From Octopus vulgaris (lineage: Eukaryota), in NCBI GenBank assembly GCA_951406725.2, contig OX597816.1:60388001-60452000 (forward strand): DNA of 64,000 bases, given 5' to 3'. Positions 39,552 to 52,824 of this stretch are shown here, piece after piece (the first letter of the stretch is position 1; the number at the start of each line of letters is the position of its first letter). Position numbers and translations under genes: made by a program. Below the pieces are notes generated by a model, which was given only the letters and a program-made list of their open reading frames with translations, had not been told where the DNA came from and searched no databases.

Positions 39552-40049
39552 CACACAGTGTGTACACCTCCATATAACCGAGTACTTTTCCTTGCAGTCG
39601 AATTTATTGACAATGTTTAGAAAGAAGCTGTTTTTTTTACATACAGATTCATCTAAATTTTTAATCCCATCCAAGATTGATACACACTGTTCATAATCCC
39701 CTTGAACGCTTTTCACTACATCCGATATAACAGAATCCAAAGTATACAACGTGCAAAACTTCAATCGTGTTTCGCGCATTTTGATCCTACGTTCTGTAGC
39801 AGAGAGATTACAGATTTCTTTTGTAATATTCCAACCTTCCAAAAGGCACTGGTTTGGTGTGCAGAAGGGTGTCAGGTAATCCGGGCCGTTGTCATCGGCT
39901 GGGGTTAAACCCGATACAAATCCAGAAACCACGCACAACAACAGAGTTGCCAGACATTGACGGAACCACCTCCTTTGTAGAATAATGGTGGGTAACGGCG
40001 TTTTATCCCATAACGGTGACACTTCTCCATGGTTGAATAATAATATCAT
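39552..40049 (-). CDS. FAM155: First coding exon (166 codons, phase-0 donor) of a FAM155/NALF (NALCN auxiliary factor; Mid1/NLF-1 family) homolog
   Basis: ATG at 40049, open frame to ...KFDCKEKYSVIWRCTHCV, then GTAAGT donor at 39551-39546. RRWFRQCLATLLLCVV, RLKFCTLYTL, CVSILDGIKNLDE and FDC..YSV...C..C match, from memory, the FAM155 N-terminal hydrophobic segment and Cys-rich domain (human KWRLSLASLL, LSFCNSYTL, YSVKSCPEDCK). Downstream exons were not found in the window. Confidence 0.85.
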
Positions 40050-41229
40050 AGTTCGGTAGTTGACCAACAGTTGAATCCCGACGAGAAAAACATTTAAAAA
40101 TCCAACGGTTCAACATTTAAGCATGTACACTACACACACAGAGAAACTCACCTTCGACTATACATACCACATTCAGAAAAGGAAACATTCACATTATACT
40201 AAATATATATTGTATTTTTATAAGTACGTGTATATAGTAATACTAATAATAATTACAATCAGTTTCTTTCATTCACAGACAAAACAAACTCTATAGATGG
40301 AAAAAACCGAGGGGACGCAAATAATGATTGCAGACTTGTAAAGTTGGGGGATTCAACAAGTCAAAATAATGTTGGATACGGATTGAGAGAAAGAAATAAT
40401 ACGAGTAAACGGCAATAAAGAATAACGAGAGGAAAATCAGCAACAGTCGAAGACGGAAGAAACGTTACATATACACACACACACACAGATACATATAGAA
40501 AGAACAGAATGATAACGAAGACGAAAGAAGGAAGACGAAAGCGGAGGAATGAGCACGGCAAAAAAAAGAAAAAAAAGGGGGGGAAAGGAAGTATGAAAGG
40601 AAAGTGGGAGGAATGAAGATGTATAAGGGTGGCTGACAGTGGTTTGAGGTGGAAGAAACGATACGATGGTTTTGGTTCACAAGAATACTGTTGACAACGA
40701 ACGTCGATTCTACGCGAATGAATAGAATAAATAAATATAGTGTATCATTAGATTATTGCTGGTGCTTACAGACACTGACTGCGTTGCGGAGGGGGAGTTA
40801 TTGCAGTTTTTACAGTGCGTCACCGGCAAAAACTAAAAAAATGTGAGAGAGAATTTTATAATAAAGGAAACAAGATAGAAATATTGGGAAAAAAGAAAAA
40901 GGCGACCAGCATCAGCTATCATGAATTTTCCCGTATTTTTGTATGGTCGCTGCTTCTGGTGAAAGCCGAGTGTGAAATTGCTTCTCTCCCAAAGTAGTAG
41001 TCGAAGACGCCACAAGACTGACAGTAAGAATAATATGAACAATAACAGCAGCACAGCGAGCGAGCTCAGCACCAACAGGCACCCCGCCTCCAAGAGAGGC
41101 CGTCAACAACATGGTTCGTGGGCCAGAATCGAGCTGCATCTGACAGCAGCCAAAAAAAAAAAAAAAAGAAAAGCTTACAGAAATTTGAAAGCGCTCAGCT
41201 TCTGATCGATAGTGGCAGAACTTGAAGCC

Positions 41230-41420
41230 CGGTATCTATTCTGAGAGTCGGGCACATGTTGATTGAATGAATAAGTGGCGTGGTGGACACAGACGGACTC
41301 CTAACGCCATGTTTGAAGGTTGAAACAGCTCAGTTTGGCGTCGCGCATGCTCACCTCAAAATCTAACTGGACTTCTTGGATGTTTTTCTTATTGGTTTCA
41401 ATCTGTGTATCGTCTCTTCA
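41230..41420 (-). promoter_or_regulatory. Candidate promoter/TSS region of the FAM155-like gene
   Basis: CpG-retaining unique DNA. YY1-like CGCCATGTT at ~41305-41313 (AACATGGCG on minus), NRF1-like GCGCATGC at ~41343-41350 and minus-strand CCAAT at ~41391-41395, in an order consistent with minus-strand transcription. Inferred from motifs only. Confidence 0.45.
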
Positions 41421-41716
41421 ATATCCGTTCCATCACTGGTGATTATCGGAAAATAAGGAATTCGACAGACAACGAAGAATCCCAAATTTTTGGAATGTAA
41501 TTCTTTTCGAAAAGTGAATATCTAAAAATGTTCAAAGATTTCTCAAATTTTGACATGAGGAAATTTTAAACGTATTCCTTAGGTGCGTCTATAGACTCTA
41601 ATACTGTACACTTTGTATATATAGGTATGAAAGAAACCAATCAATAGATCGATATGACATGAAATGTGTTTCCGTGTGAATATGTTGCGGTGCATGTGAC
41701 ATACACACGCACATAG

Positions 41717-41760
<44 letters not shown>

Positions 41761-41874
41761 GTTAGAATTATAGAATGAAATTAACCGTTAAATAATAAAA
41801 ATATTTTTTACCGTTTCTATAAATATATACTCACAGGCGCACGCAAATAAACAAATATGTATGTATATATATAT

Positions 41875-41923
<49 letters not shown>

Positions 41924-42414
41924 AATATATATCTGTCTTACAGTGGAGAAATAAAACAGAAAAATCGAAAATGAAAACCAACAACAATAACAACAAATAA
42001 TGGTAATAAAAAATAACAAAGTAAAAGAAATGCCAGATAAGATGTAGAAATAGTCAAAGAGATGTAAAATATCCAAGTAATTTGGTTTTAAAATCTTGAA
42101 TCTGTTCCTATAAGAAAGGAAATGTGTCGCCTGCTGGATTTCTAAGATAAATCTAACAATTAGTCAAGATTAATGTGGCTTGTTAGCATACAACAAATAC
42201 CTCCTCCGAGAATTATGAAAGAAGCGGGGGCTGGAGAACTACAACAGCATCAACCGTTATACAAACGACAGCTGTAGCTTGGATGGAATCACTGGCTAGT
42301 AGCAGCAGAAGCAGCGATAGTTCTCTAGTGACAGTTTGTACTGGAAGGTGAAGAAGAAGGAATGTCAACAACAGCATCATCATCAACAACAACAAATGTA
42401 CTACTGACTGTTCA

Positions 42415-43460
42415 ACCTGCTAGAAATGGCAGCAAAATCCACACCGAAATCACACTCCATTGTCTTGAAAAGAAAGGACACATTACATAATGTAGTTCTA
42501 ATTTTACTATGTCTATTAAAATTTTTTTTTTAAATACGGTTAATCATAGGTCCGCTCAATCTGCCAACCAAGGGCTAAAGAACAACAACTTAACATGGGC
42601 CAACGAGCGAGAGAAAGGGAGAGGGAGAGAGAGAGGAAGAGAGAGAGAAAGGAGGGGAAGAGCTTTCACGTAATAACACAATCTGCTAGAAATAGTAACC
42701 AAGTCTCTTTCAGATCATATCCAAACGTCTTGGGTGGGGGAAGCTATAACGGATAATGTAGAGCTGGATGAATAAAAAATGGCGTAATGGTCATGGCTGG
42801 ATTGCTTCCTGATGCCTAACCTAGGGCCAAACAACATCAACAATAATAATTTATTCAATTATTCTTGTTTCTCTGTTTTTAAAGGAGAAACAGCGGAATA
42901 AACCGTTTCCAGTACATAACTGGTATTTTTTTTTTGTACACCCCAGAGAGTACCAAGCCGTGTCGATATAAGCATGGTTCGAACTCAAAACTTATAAGGT
43001 GAAGCTAAATGTTGTAAGGCTCGTTTCCATAATATTATACACGGTTACAGATTTACACAAAGCAAATATAATAGGAATCAAGCCGTTCTTGTGACTGACG
43101 TAAAGTTAATTGCTAAGGTCAGGAATCGAAACCACTACCTGGAGTTTACCTTGACAGAAACACGACACATTTTATTTATTTTGTCGTGGTTTGAAGTGAA
43201 TTTTGTTGAGGAAGTTGGATGGGATGCTGTCTGTTTACTTGACCATAGTGTATTACTGGTATATTTTACGTGCTGATGAGGGAAGAATTGCAGCTAAATC
43301 GCCCTCAAATATCATTCTAACTTCTGGCTTAAAAAAAGCAGCGCGACACGTTGGGCTATATATTCTAGTTACAAGATGTCTGAATGAAAAGTAAGATGGT
43401 CATGGATAGTATGCCTTCGATCACAGAACTGATCGAAGGCTGACCCAAGGTTAAGCAAAA
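42415..43460 (+). repeat. Three diverged copies of an old dispersed repeat (CTAGAAATAGCAGCCAAAT...GGTCATGG...GGGCTAAACAAC)
   Basis: Copies at ~42418, 42686 and 43285. Relatives at ~5612, 12630, 35037, 53170 and 53375, and inverted at ~6765, 7460 and 61065. Confidence 0.65.
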
Positions 43461-43531
43461 ACTAGTATATATTATTAAGGGAATGGAATACTCGGTCGAA
43501 CAGACCACAGCATATGATTGTTACACACACG

Positions 43532-43565
<34 letters not shown>

Positions 43566-43635
43566 TATATATGTATGTACGTATGTATGTATGTATGTAT
43601 GTATGTATGTATGTATGTGTGTGTGTGTGTATACA

Positions 43636-44800
43636 CAGGTTACGATGGGTAAATTGTCACTATTTTATTTTTTTCGTGCACGCACATTGCTTGTTTTTGA
43701 TTTTGTCGACTACACAGTACAGTAGGGTCAGTTGGGTACCGTCTGTGAGAAAAGCAACACCATGACACAATTGACTCTGCCAGAAATTTGGAAACGGCAT
43801 GCTGTACTACTTGGCATTCTCGCCGGAAACTCCAATAAGAACATTCCAGAGAGTTTGGGTGTCAATCTGAGGACAGTGAAGAGGATTCGGAAAGAGTTGG
43901 ATGAGTCTAATTGTGATTACAAAGGTATGGCAGCTCGGAAAACTCTCTCTGATCGTTCTGATAAGAAAAGAATTCCTGGATTTGTTGGTGAGATCTAGGC
44001 CATGATTAACAACGATCCCTCCAAGTCATTCAGGTTCATCGCCAGGGACATTGGGAGTGTCTGAGTTTCTTATCAGGCAGGTAGTGCAGGAAGACATTTG
44101 AGGGTCAACTTTTATCCCAAGCCATCAAGGACAAGAGAAAAGACCGCGCTACGAAGCTTTTGAACAAACTCAAGCATCCCCTCCATTCGAACATGCTTTG
44201 GTCTTTCGCAGACGAGAAAAATCTCTGCCAGGATCAGATGGTGAACACACAGAACAACCATTGGCTTGCCGTGTCCTCAAAACATGTACCGAGAGTAATA
44301 AAAACCAAACAGTCAACATCATAGTGTTTGGTGTGGTCACTAGTGATAACGACGTTATGCCTCCATTCATCTTCCCACACGGCCTCAGACTCAACACGGA
44401 GGCCTACATCAAGTGCCTGTATCAAGAGGGTGGCTGCTGGAAGACCCTGTCTGGCAACAGGACTCTGCACCATGCCACACAAACAGAAGAACCCAGTCAT
44501 GACTGTCAGACAATTTCAACGACCACATCACCCCTAACATCTGGTAACCCCCTTGATTATTATGAAGGCGCAACCCCCTTCTAACAACAAAATGAACTGA
44601 AGACAATGCGTTGCAGGAAATTCCGAAGTTTTCTAGAGGCCGTGGTTGAAGCCAATTGCGATTTTATTGAATAAACTTACTCTTTAGTATTTCAAGATAT
44701 TTTTATGTAATTTTGGTAAATATATCTGTTGAAATGAGATATCAGTATTATTATTTTTATTTTTGAGTAATTTAGACGACAATTTATTCACTGCACCCTG
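43636..44800 (+). mobile_element. Degenerate maT-like Tc1/mariner element
   Basis: Imperfect TIRs CAGGTTACGATGGGTAAATTGTC / GACAATTTATTCACTGCACCCTG. Transposase from ATG 43762 with FADEK, VFGVVTSD, QQDSAPCHT, NPLDYY and LEAVVEANCDFIE*. Confidence 0.85.
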
Positions 44801-44809
44801 TATATACTT

Positions 44810-44875
<66 letters not shown>

Positions 44876-45243
44876 ATAGATATTTTCTACACTTGTAGAA
44901 TATACATTGAAGGTAAGGTTGACAAGGGGAAGAGAAGAGAGTATATCTAGAATACAAAAGGTCCAAAAGATAAAAGATATTTATAAAAGTGGTGATGAAA
45001 GCGAATGAGATTTGAAGATCCTATTCATATGGACCAAATACTAGCACTTGAGCTTTATGCCTTGGTATTGATTTTATGAATCTTATATTTACTATTTGCA
45101 TGTATTATAATCCTATAATTATGTATATTTTTTTCTCAAATATTTCTTTAATTAATCTTTTTTCATATTCTATATTCGAGGTCTTTTTCGTTTGTTTACC
45201 TTGTATAGGTACACTTTTACAAGTTACAATGTATGCGGATAGG

Positions 45244-45287
<44 letters not shown>

Positions 45288-45765
45288 CGTATATGCGATT
45301 CAACCATACAATCATGTATGACAGGATCTTCAGCTACTAAACCGAAATATACAAGCTTGCGTGGTGATGAGAAATGGTTGAAATCTAGCAGAATAATGCC
45401 AGTCAAAAGAACAGTGTGATCCTGTGTAGAATCAACGATTATCTAGTAATAGCGAGATGACTTAGAAAGAAAATCCAGTTTGGTGTGTAGCGTGCTGTAA
45501 AATCAATGGAAATATGGTACCCCTTAGTTTCCTTTAAAATATGTCTCTAGGAGAAGATTACTTCGTTGTAAAACTCACTGGTCATTTTATAGGCCTTTGG
45601 TGCCAGCTGAAGGTCATGACGTTAACACACACCGAGTCTGTGATCTTTATTGACACCAAGTATCTTCGTTTTGTACCGGGACTCTGCCAATAGGTTGGAG
45701 AAGGTAAATAAGGTACTGTTAAACCTTTATCGGATTTAGAAAGACTTAGGAAACCTCTCTCTCCC

Positions 45766-45866
<101 letters not shown>

Positions 45867-45993
45867 AAAATATATATAAAAATACAAAATGGGACAAGAA
45901 CGCAAATCATTCAAATAGACGACACAAAAAACGGACGGGTCATTCGAAGCCTCTAATCTTCAGTCAAGAACCGGATCATCCTCACAATTTCGG

Positions 45994-46063
<70 letters not shown>

Positions 46064-46779
46064 ACATATATACATATATATACACTCATTCATACACACA
46101 CATAAATTTTAACCTACCAAACATCTTTGAAAATGTGTAAAAGTAGTCAACTTCCTTAACATCAGTCTTAATTCGGAACTATATTACCCTTGCCACAAAC
46201 CTGACGAGAGTTTCCACTATGGGCATCAACTCTCTACTGACCCTAGGTCCGTTATTTAATAGCTTAGAGAAAATGTATTGACTAAAATTTCGATCCTTTC
46301 GGCCAATACGCAAATCTTTAAAGATAATGCAGAATGAAACCTTATGCAGGAGTGGTTATAAAGAAAATTATATATATGGCAGGTATTAAATTGCATTGCA
46401 CTCTTAACACATGTAAAATTAACGATATAATAAATAACAACTATATGAAAATGTAAATTACGTTTCTTCTATTACTAGTAATTCTAATGACTTACAAATT
46501 CTACTCACTAATGAGGGATAGAAAACTCGCTTGTTAAGTAAGGTCAGAAAACAATTAAACGATGAACAGACCAGTACAATGATAATCCACCATACAATGG
46601 TAGAATGTCTGGAATACCTGAAGCCTTAGATAACAAAATAAATTTTGATAGTACACGTACGAGTAAAAGTGTTTAAGTGGTAAAACTAATAATAGAACAA
46701 ATAATTATGAAACTTTGAATACGCTGAATGAAAACTTTGTACAAGTTCAGATTCTCGAATTTAACATCCGAAATATATG

Positions 46780-47600
46780 GTTTCGATCTCTTTGTTGATA
46801 AACAAGTACAAGATAATAAAGTAAATAGAAAAAATATTATCAGGTATAAGTCACTCTTCTGTAATAAGGTGATAATATCAGTTCTAAATATTTTTGATAT
46901 ACTTAGAAAGATTTTTCTCCATAAGATAGCTATCAAAATGTACTTAAGAAACATACGATAAAACTGTTATATTCGGCTACCCCGAATCCAGTAGCAATAA
47001 TAGCAGTTTCAGATATATCCAAACTATATAGGGAAGGTAATGCTTGACATAGGATTAAAGATTGGTAAATGGGGTAATATAAATCCTAGAAAGCAATCTA
47101 ATGCACATAATAATAGCCAGAAATCTTTAAATGTTGATAATAAAGATACATATGGTTGTAATCGAAGCCCTCCTAATAATTGTTCATTATGCAGTGATTA
47201 CATACGTAGTTGTGTAGTTTATAAATGTATACTAAAAACGTATTTTAGCTATAGGTATTACATTAGATCGACAAGTCTTGTCAAAATACGCATATGAATG
47301 TATAATCACCTCATATTCACTCCTCTGATAATCCTCAACTCAGGTTTTCTACATCTCTTGCAGAATATATAATTAGTTTAAAATCTAAAAGAGCAAAAGT
47401 TTAGACGTATTGGAGCATTGTTAATTCTGCCGAGCCATGTCATGGAGAGAGGCAGGTTTTGCCATTTACATACATGGAAACCAATTAAATTCTTTGACAG
47501 ATTATTATAACCATCTAAGAAATAATTATTTGATAGCTAAGTGAAGTAAATTGTAATTAATTGTAAAAAAAAATCTAAACGGACCTTTAAAAACTACCTA
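46780..47600 (+). mobile_element. Degenerate Penelope-like (Naiad) element: linker + GIY-YIG
   Basis: NRKNIIRY..LFC, HTIKLLYSATPN, GCNRSPPNNCSL...VVYKC...YYIRST, MYNH, STSLAEYI..LK, WSIV. Confidence 0.75.
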
Positions 47601-47824
47601 AAGGGGCATAATTCCTTTAACTGATACGAGTATATACCTTAAAACGTATGTAATAATTTTCTCCTTTCTGTTTTTTCTTTCTCCTTTTTGTCATTGTAAT
47701 TGCGATGATCATGAAAAGCATTTGAACTGAATTACGCATGCGATGGATGGAATATTGATAAGTGGTCAATAACCAATGTATAGTGTCATCAATCATACAT
47801 GTTATAATGCTATAACTGCTACAT

Positions 47825-48266
47825 CTTTTGTTTGTTTCAGTTATTTGACTCCGACCATGTTGGGGCACCACCTTGGAGGACTTTAATTGAACAAATCGAC
47901 CCCAGGACTTATTTTTTAAGTCTAGTACTTATTCTATCGGTTTCTTTTGCCGAACCGCAAAACACGGAGACGTAAACACACCAACACGAGTTGTTAAGCG
48001 GTCGTGGGGGGCAAACACAAACACGAAGACGCGCGCGCACGTGCAAACACACACACACACATACTTACACGCGCACACGCACACATACACACGCACGCAC
48101 ACACACATAAACGACGAGTTTCTTTCAGTTTCCGTCTACGAAATCCACTCACAAGGCTTTGGTCAGCTCGAGGCTTTAGTAGAAGAGACTTACCCAAGGT
48201 GCCACACAGTGGGACTGAACCTGGAAGCATGTGGTCGGGAGGCAAGCTTCTTACCACACAACCACT
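47825..48266 (-). mobile_element. SINE family A
   Basis: Consensus match with an internal CA/CG tract. Confidence 0.9.
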
Positions 48267-49340
48267 ACATTTTATAAATGCTTGTGTAAGAGAACATGTC
48301 TGGACAAATTGTATTAAATGAAAACACATGCCCTGTAACCAGAATTGTCTCTATGAAATGTCTTATTTTCCAATTGCTTTTTATGATTATCATTTACCTT
48401 CCTTCCATTTTTTATGTCATTAATATTGTTAATTATTTATTATTACTTAAAACATAAAATAACAGACTTAATGTATTTCATACCATTATGATCTCAGTGT
48501 ACCATTGTAATATTTATTTATTTTGTAAGTGGATTATGTAGTTAATCAATGTAGGTTTGTCAGATGTATGTAAAATTTAGTATCGATTATTTGGTTTACT
48601 TTACTGTTTTGTCTGTTAAGTATTTGTCTCATATGTTATTTTATAGTTTGTTTATAGATTTTGTGCACTGGGCTGTATAAAATCGCCATACTTTGCGTGT
48701 CTAATTGAAATTTGTAAATATTTTGATGAGTACATACCCTTTAGATTTTTATACCCTATAGAATTATATCTTTATATTTATATATATTTAGGTAGCATGA
48801 AGGCTAAGAGAAACCACAGTGTGTTCTTTTTCATAAAACATTGTCCAATGAAAGTATGGAACCAGTCAAACTTTGCCGACATTTAGATACAAAACATAAA
48901 ATAAACATAAACAAGCCTGTTGAATATTTTCGAAAAAGATACAAAACTCAACAGAAAACAAAATAACTGATCTTGATAACAAAATTGCTGTGTTTACATT
49001 GCATGATGTGTCTCTTTTCGTAGTAAGGTGTGCAAAACCATGCACAGCAGTGGAAGAACTGATTCTGCCTACTAATGAAGTAATCACCTCTAGAATGTAA
49101 GGAGGCAAAGTAACAAAGAATTATGACATAACTCTATTAGCTCCCCCACCCAAAATCTACGAAGCGGCAAATAGAAGATATGACTGATAAAGTTGGAAAT
49201 AAGTGAAAAGAATGCAAGAAAATGAATTCTCGTCCTCACAATCAAATGGAAGTACGGATATTTGTTGCATTCATACGGTATGAATTTAATGCTGCAATGA
49301 AAGGAGATTTTCTGTTTTCCAATCATTGCCTAGTCTAGAC

Positions 49341-49983
49341 CCGTGGTTCTCAACCACTTTTTACTTTTGCCTATGGGATTCTTTGATTCTTATTTTACTC
49401 AACATGACATCCACAGCCATTCGATGTTTAAATACTAATCCTATAATATTTTCATAATTGAATATCATTAGAAATTGTATAAAAATATTGTTGGAGCAGG
49501 CATGGCTGTGTGGTAAGAAGCTTGCTTCCTAACCACATGGTTCCAGGTTCAGTCCATTGCGTAGCACTTTGGGAAAATGTCTTCTATTATAGCCTTGGGT
49601 CGACCAAAGCCTTGTGAGTGGACGGAAGACGGAAACTGAAAGAAGCCCGTCGTATATACATATGTATGTATATCTATGTGTCTGTCTTTCTGTGAATGTT
49701 CCCGCCCCCCACCTCCGCTTGACAATCAGTGTTGGGATGTTTGCATTCCTGTAACTTAGCGGTTCGATAGAGTAAGTACCAGGCCTAAAGAACAAACGGT
49801 GCTGAGTTCGATTAATTCGACTAAAAATTCAAGGCGATGCTCCCACACGACCGCAGTCTAAAGACTGAAACGAATAAAGTATAAAAGTTAAATATTATAT
49901 GTAACTTAGGAGTATAACCAGCTTAACAACAAAATGTTAAATGAACCCCCAAGGGACATATGGACCTCAGTTGAGAATCAGCG
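49341..49983. mobile_element. hAT (Charlie-like) MITE interrupted by a SINE A (49493-49888, +)
   Basis: Ends CCGTGGTTCTCAAC / GTTGAGAATCAGCG, preceded by GTCTAGAC. Homologous to 55975-56799. Confidence 0.75.
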
Positions 49984-50049
49984 GTATAAATTGAAAATGA
50001 AATCGGGAGGTCAAAATGCGTTGGAGTCTGTATTGGTTGAGTTCTTGCA

Positions 50050-51370
50050 ATGTCAGGAAAATACAGAGGTTCAAGGTAAATTATTCAAAGTATAATGGCA
50101 AATGTCAAATGGACTCATTGATGCATGCATAGAGGAACATTGGTTGCAAGAAACGTGCCAGAAACATTTAAGACGATACTGGAGAAGGCAGTGAAAGCAG
50201 TTAATTTCATAATGAAATAAAATAAATGCGACCTTTTAAAGCCTAGCCAGGCTCATGGGCCCGGTTCCCCGGATTATATGGCGTATGTGTTACTCAGCTG
50301 GACGGGACGCCAGTCTATCGCAGCGTTACTCATTTCTGCCAGCTAAGTGGACTGGAGCAACGTGAAATGAAGTGTTTTGCTCAAGAACACAACGCGTCGC
50401 CCGGTCCAGGAATCGAAGCCACAATCTTACGATCATGATGCTGACACCCTAACCACTAAGCCACGCGCCTCGACTTTAATTTCATAATAGCACGTCTATT
50501 TAAATCTTGTATTTTTACTTTTTTTTTTCATGTGATGGGCAGGGCCTATAAACAATTGCCATTGCCTTCTCAAATGTGTTGCCTGTTTTTCAATAAAATA
50601 CTTACCCGCATACTCTAGTTGTGAGACGAAGATTATTATTATTCCTTTTCTTTTTTCGGTGTGTTTGAATCTTTGCGACACTCAGTGACTTTCATGCGCG
50701 TTTGATGACAACTTCTCTGAAGAAATAAAAAAAGAAAACCTTTTCCTTTAGCATTTTCAAGATTCAAAGAACATCTTCAAGGAATGTTTCGTCTTACAAA
50801 TATCCATTACATTTGGATTAAGGATCCATTTCATGTAAAAGGTTTAACTTCAGTTGAAGAAAACAGTCTTGCTGAACTTCTATGTGACACGTCACTCAAG
50901 TTAAGTTTCATTCGGTACGCTTTAGTAGACTTTTAATCACATGTGAGAAAATGGGTACCCACAATTGACCTGCAAAATACTTAAATATCTAATACCATTC
51001 CAAACAAGATATTTATGTCAGAAGGCTTTTTCCCAGCTATTTTATTTTGAACCCAAATCCAAAAGCAGGATCAATGTGGAACCTAATCTCCGTTTAAAAC
51101 TGACAACCATTATACATGAAATCCATAATACTATCAACAAAACAGCATAAACGGATTAATTAAACCAGTAAAATACCTTTTAATACGACCATTTATTTAA
51201 TTGCATGTTTAATTACATATACCTGACAACCGAGCGCAGGAACACGGGTTTACTATTAGTTAATAAAATCAGCTTGCTAAATCAATAGAGGTTTCAAGAG
51301 ACTGGTCCTCTAGACAACTCGTTTAAATATACGAGGGTTTCTTGATAGTGAAAAGGTTGGGAGCAGTGTC
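50050..51370 (+). pseudogene. hAT (Buster/Charlie-like) transposase remnant with internal deletions
   Basis: KWTH*CMHRGTLVA...ILEKAVKAVNFI, WIKDPF, LIPFQTRYLCQKAFS...KSKSRINVEPNLRLKL (hAT dimerisation domain). TIR-like AAAAGGTTGGGAGCAGTG at ~51351. Confidence 0.8.
50214..50472 (-). mobile_element. SINE family D nested in the hAT remnant
   Basis: TSD TTAATTTCATAAT (50201-50213 / 50476-50488). Confidence 0.9.
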
Positions 51371-51750
51371 TTATAGTCTAATTGAACTTCTTCAGCTGAG
51401 CGATAATCTAAAATTAATGTGTTTTTATAATTAATGTGTTTTTAATGTATTCGTAATTTGATACAGCCAAACTAGATGCATCTTGTTATGTCAACCTGAC
51501 CTATTTGATCAGATCTCAAGTAGTTTGCTATGGCTTGCATTATTTCTATTGTTTACCATTCATATTTTTAAAATTTATTTTCATATTTTCTATTGGTTAA
51601 TTGATTCTGAACATGTATTTTATCCTTATATTCTTATTTTTATCTTTATTTTTATCTTCTTGTTTGAGCATAATTTCCTGATATACTAAATCCTTGTCTT
51701 ACTTTGATAAAGATTTGTTGACGAAGTGATTTTATGGGAATATAAAATTA

Positions 51751-52221
51751 CACTGTGTAACAAAATTTTATAATTTTTTATTTTTTGTCTTTAGTCAGTA
51801 AGTGTTATTTTCTATTTGCTTCTATTTAGAAATCAAAGGAAATGACTAGTATTCCTTTCAAACTTTGCTTTTGAGATCTGGACATCAATGTTTTGAAGCT
51901 GACCGATTTTCCATTACATTTTAGATGGATTCAGCGCTGGGTTACTGAAGCAGAAATATCATTATAGCAAATATTTTGCTCAATACCGATGACTTGCTTG
52001 TCACTTGCTTGACCATAGCCGCTTGAGCATGTCCCTTAGTGGCTGACAATATGGATATCTCTGATCACGAGCAGGAGTAGTAGAGGAGGGATTCTTTGGC
52101 TGTTTGAATAAATGTAACAAAATCAAAGTTTGAAGGAAATATTAGTCATTTTTCATACTTTCTAGGGGTAAGCAAATAGAAAATAACAGTCGCTACCAAG
52201 AACAAAAATTGTTACACAGTG
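51751..52221. mobile_element. MITE with ~110-bp imperfect TIRs
   Basis: TA-CACTGTGTAACAA...TTGTTACACAGTG. Arms include TTATTTTCTATTTGCTT / AAGCAAATAGAAAATAA. Confidence 0.75.
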
Positions 52222-52594
52222 TTATTGAAACGAGCGTACAATCGAAGGCTTCAAAATGTCAATAATTTATTTTCAATTATTCTTAAACACACGTGCGCGC
52301 GCATACACACACACACAATTTTGCATGTCTGTTATAGCTTCCTAGCTTTGTTCTTTTCATTTACAGTTTTTGTGAACTCTACTGTCATCTCCGCCTATTT
52401 GCATTATTTCTTGGACGCGAATTTATTGTTGTTCGAAGCAAACATTTATGCAAACCTCGGTTGACTAATTTATTTTCCGTTTCAAGTATCAGAAAATTTC
52501 GATTCTGTTGCGTTCATTGATATTTATTTCCTTCATTAATTTTTGCTTTCTTTTTCAAATTGTTTTCATCTTTACTTTCAGGGTGATACAACAC

Positions 52595-52678
<84 letters not shown>

Positions 52679-52824
52679 GGGCAAAACAAATAAGAATGTG
52701 CATGCACACAGACAGCACTACACACTCATATATATGCAATGCACAACAAATAAACATGCATACAGACAATTACACATGTGTAACGAATTTCTGTTTTTAC
52801 TTGACGTATCAGAAACAGTAGCCA

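Noticed and set aside
46200-46240. CTGACGA followed by a GAGAGTT/AACTCTC hairpin (also CTGATGA at ~24852)
   Set aside because: No GAAA box or stem III follows, so it is not a hammerhead.
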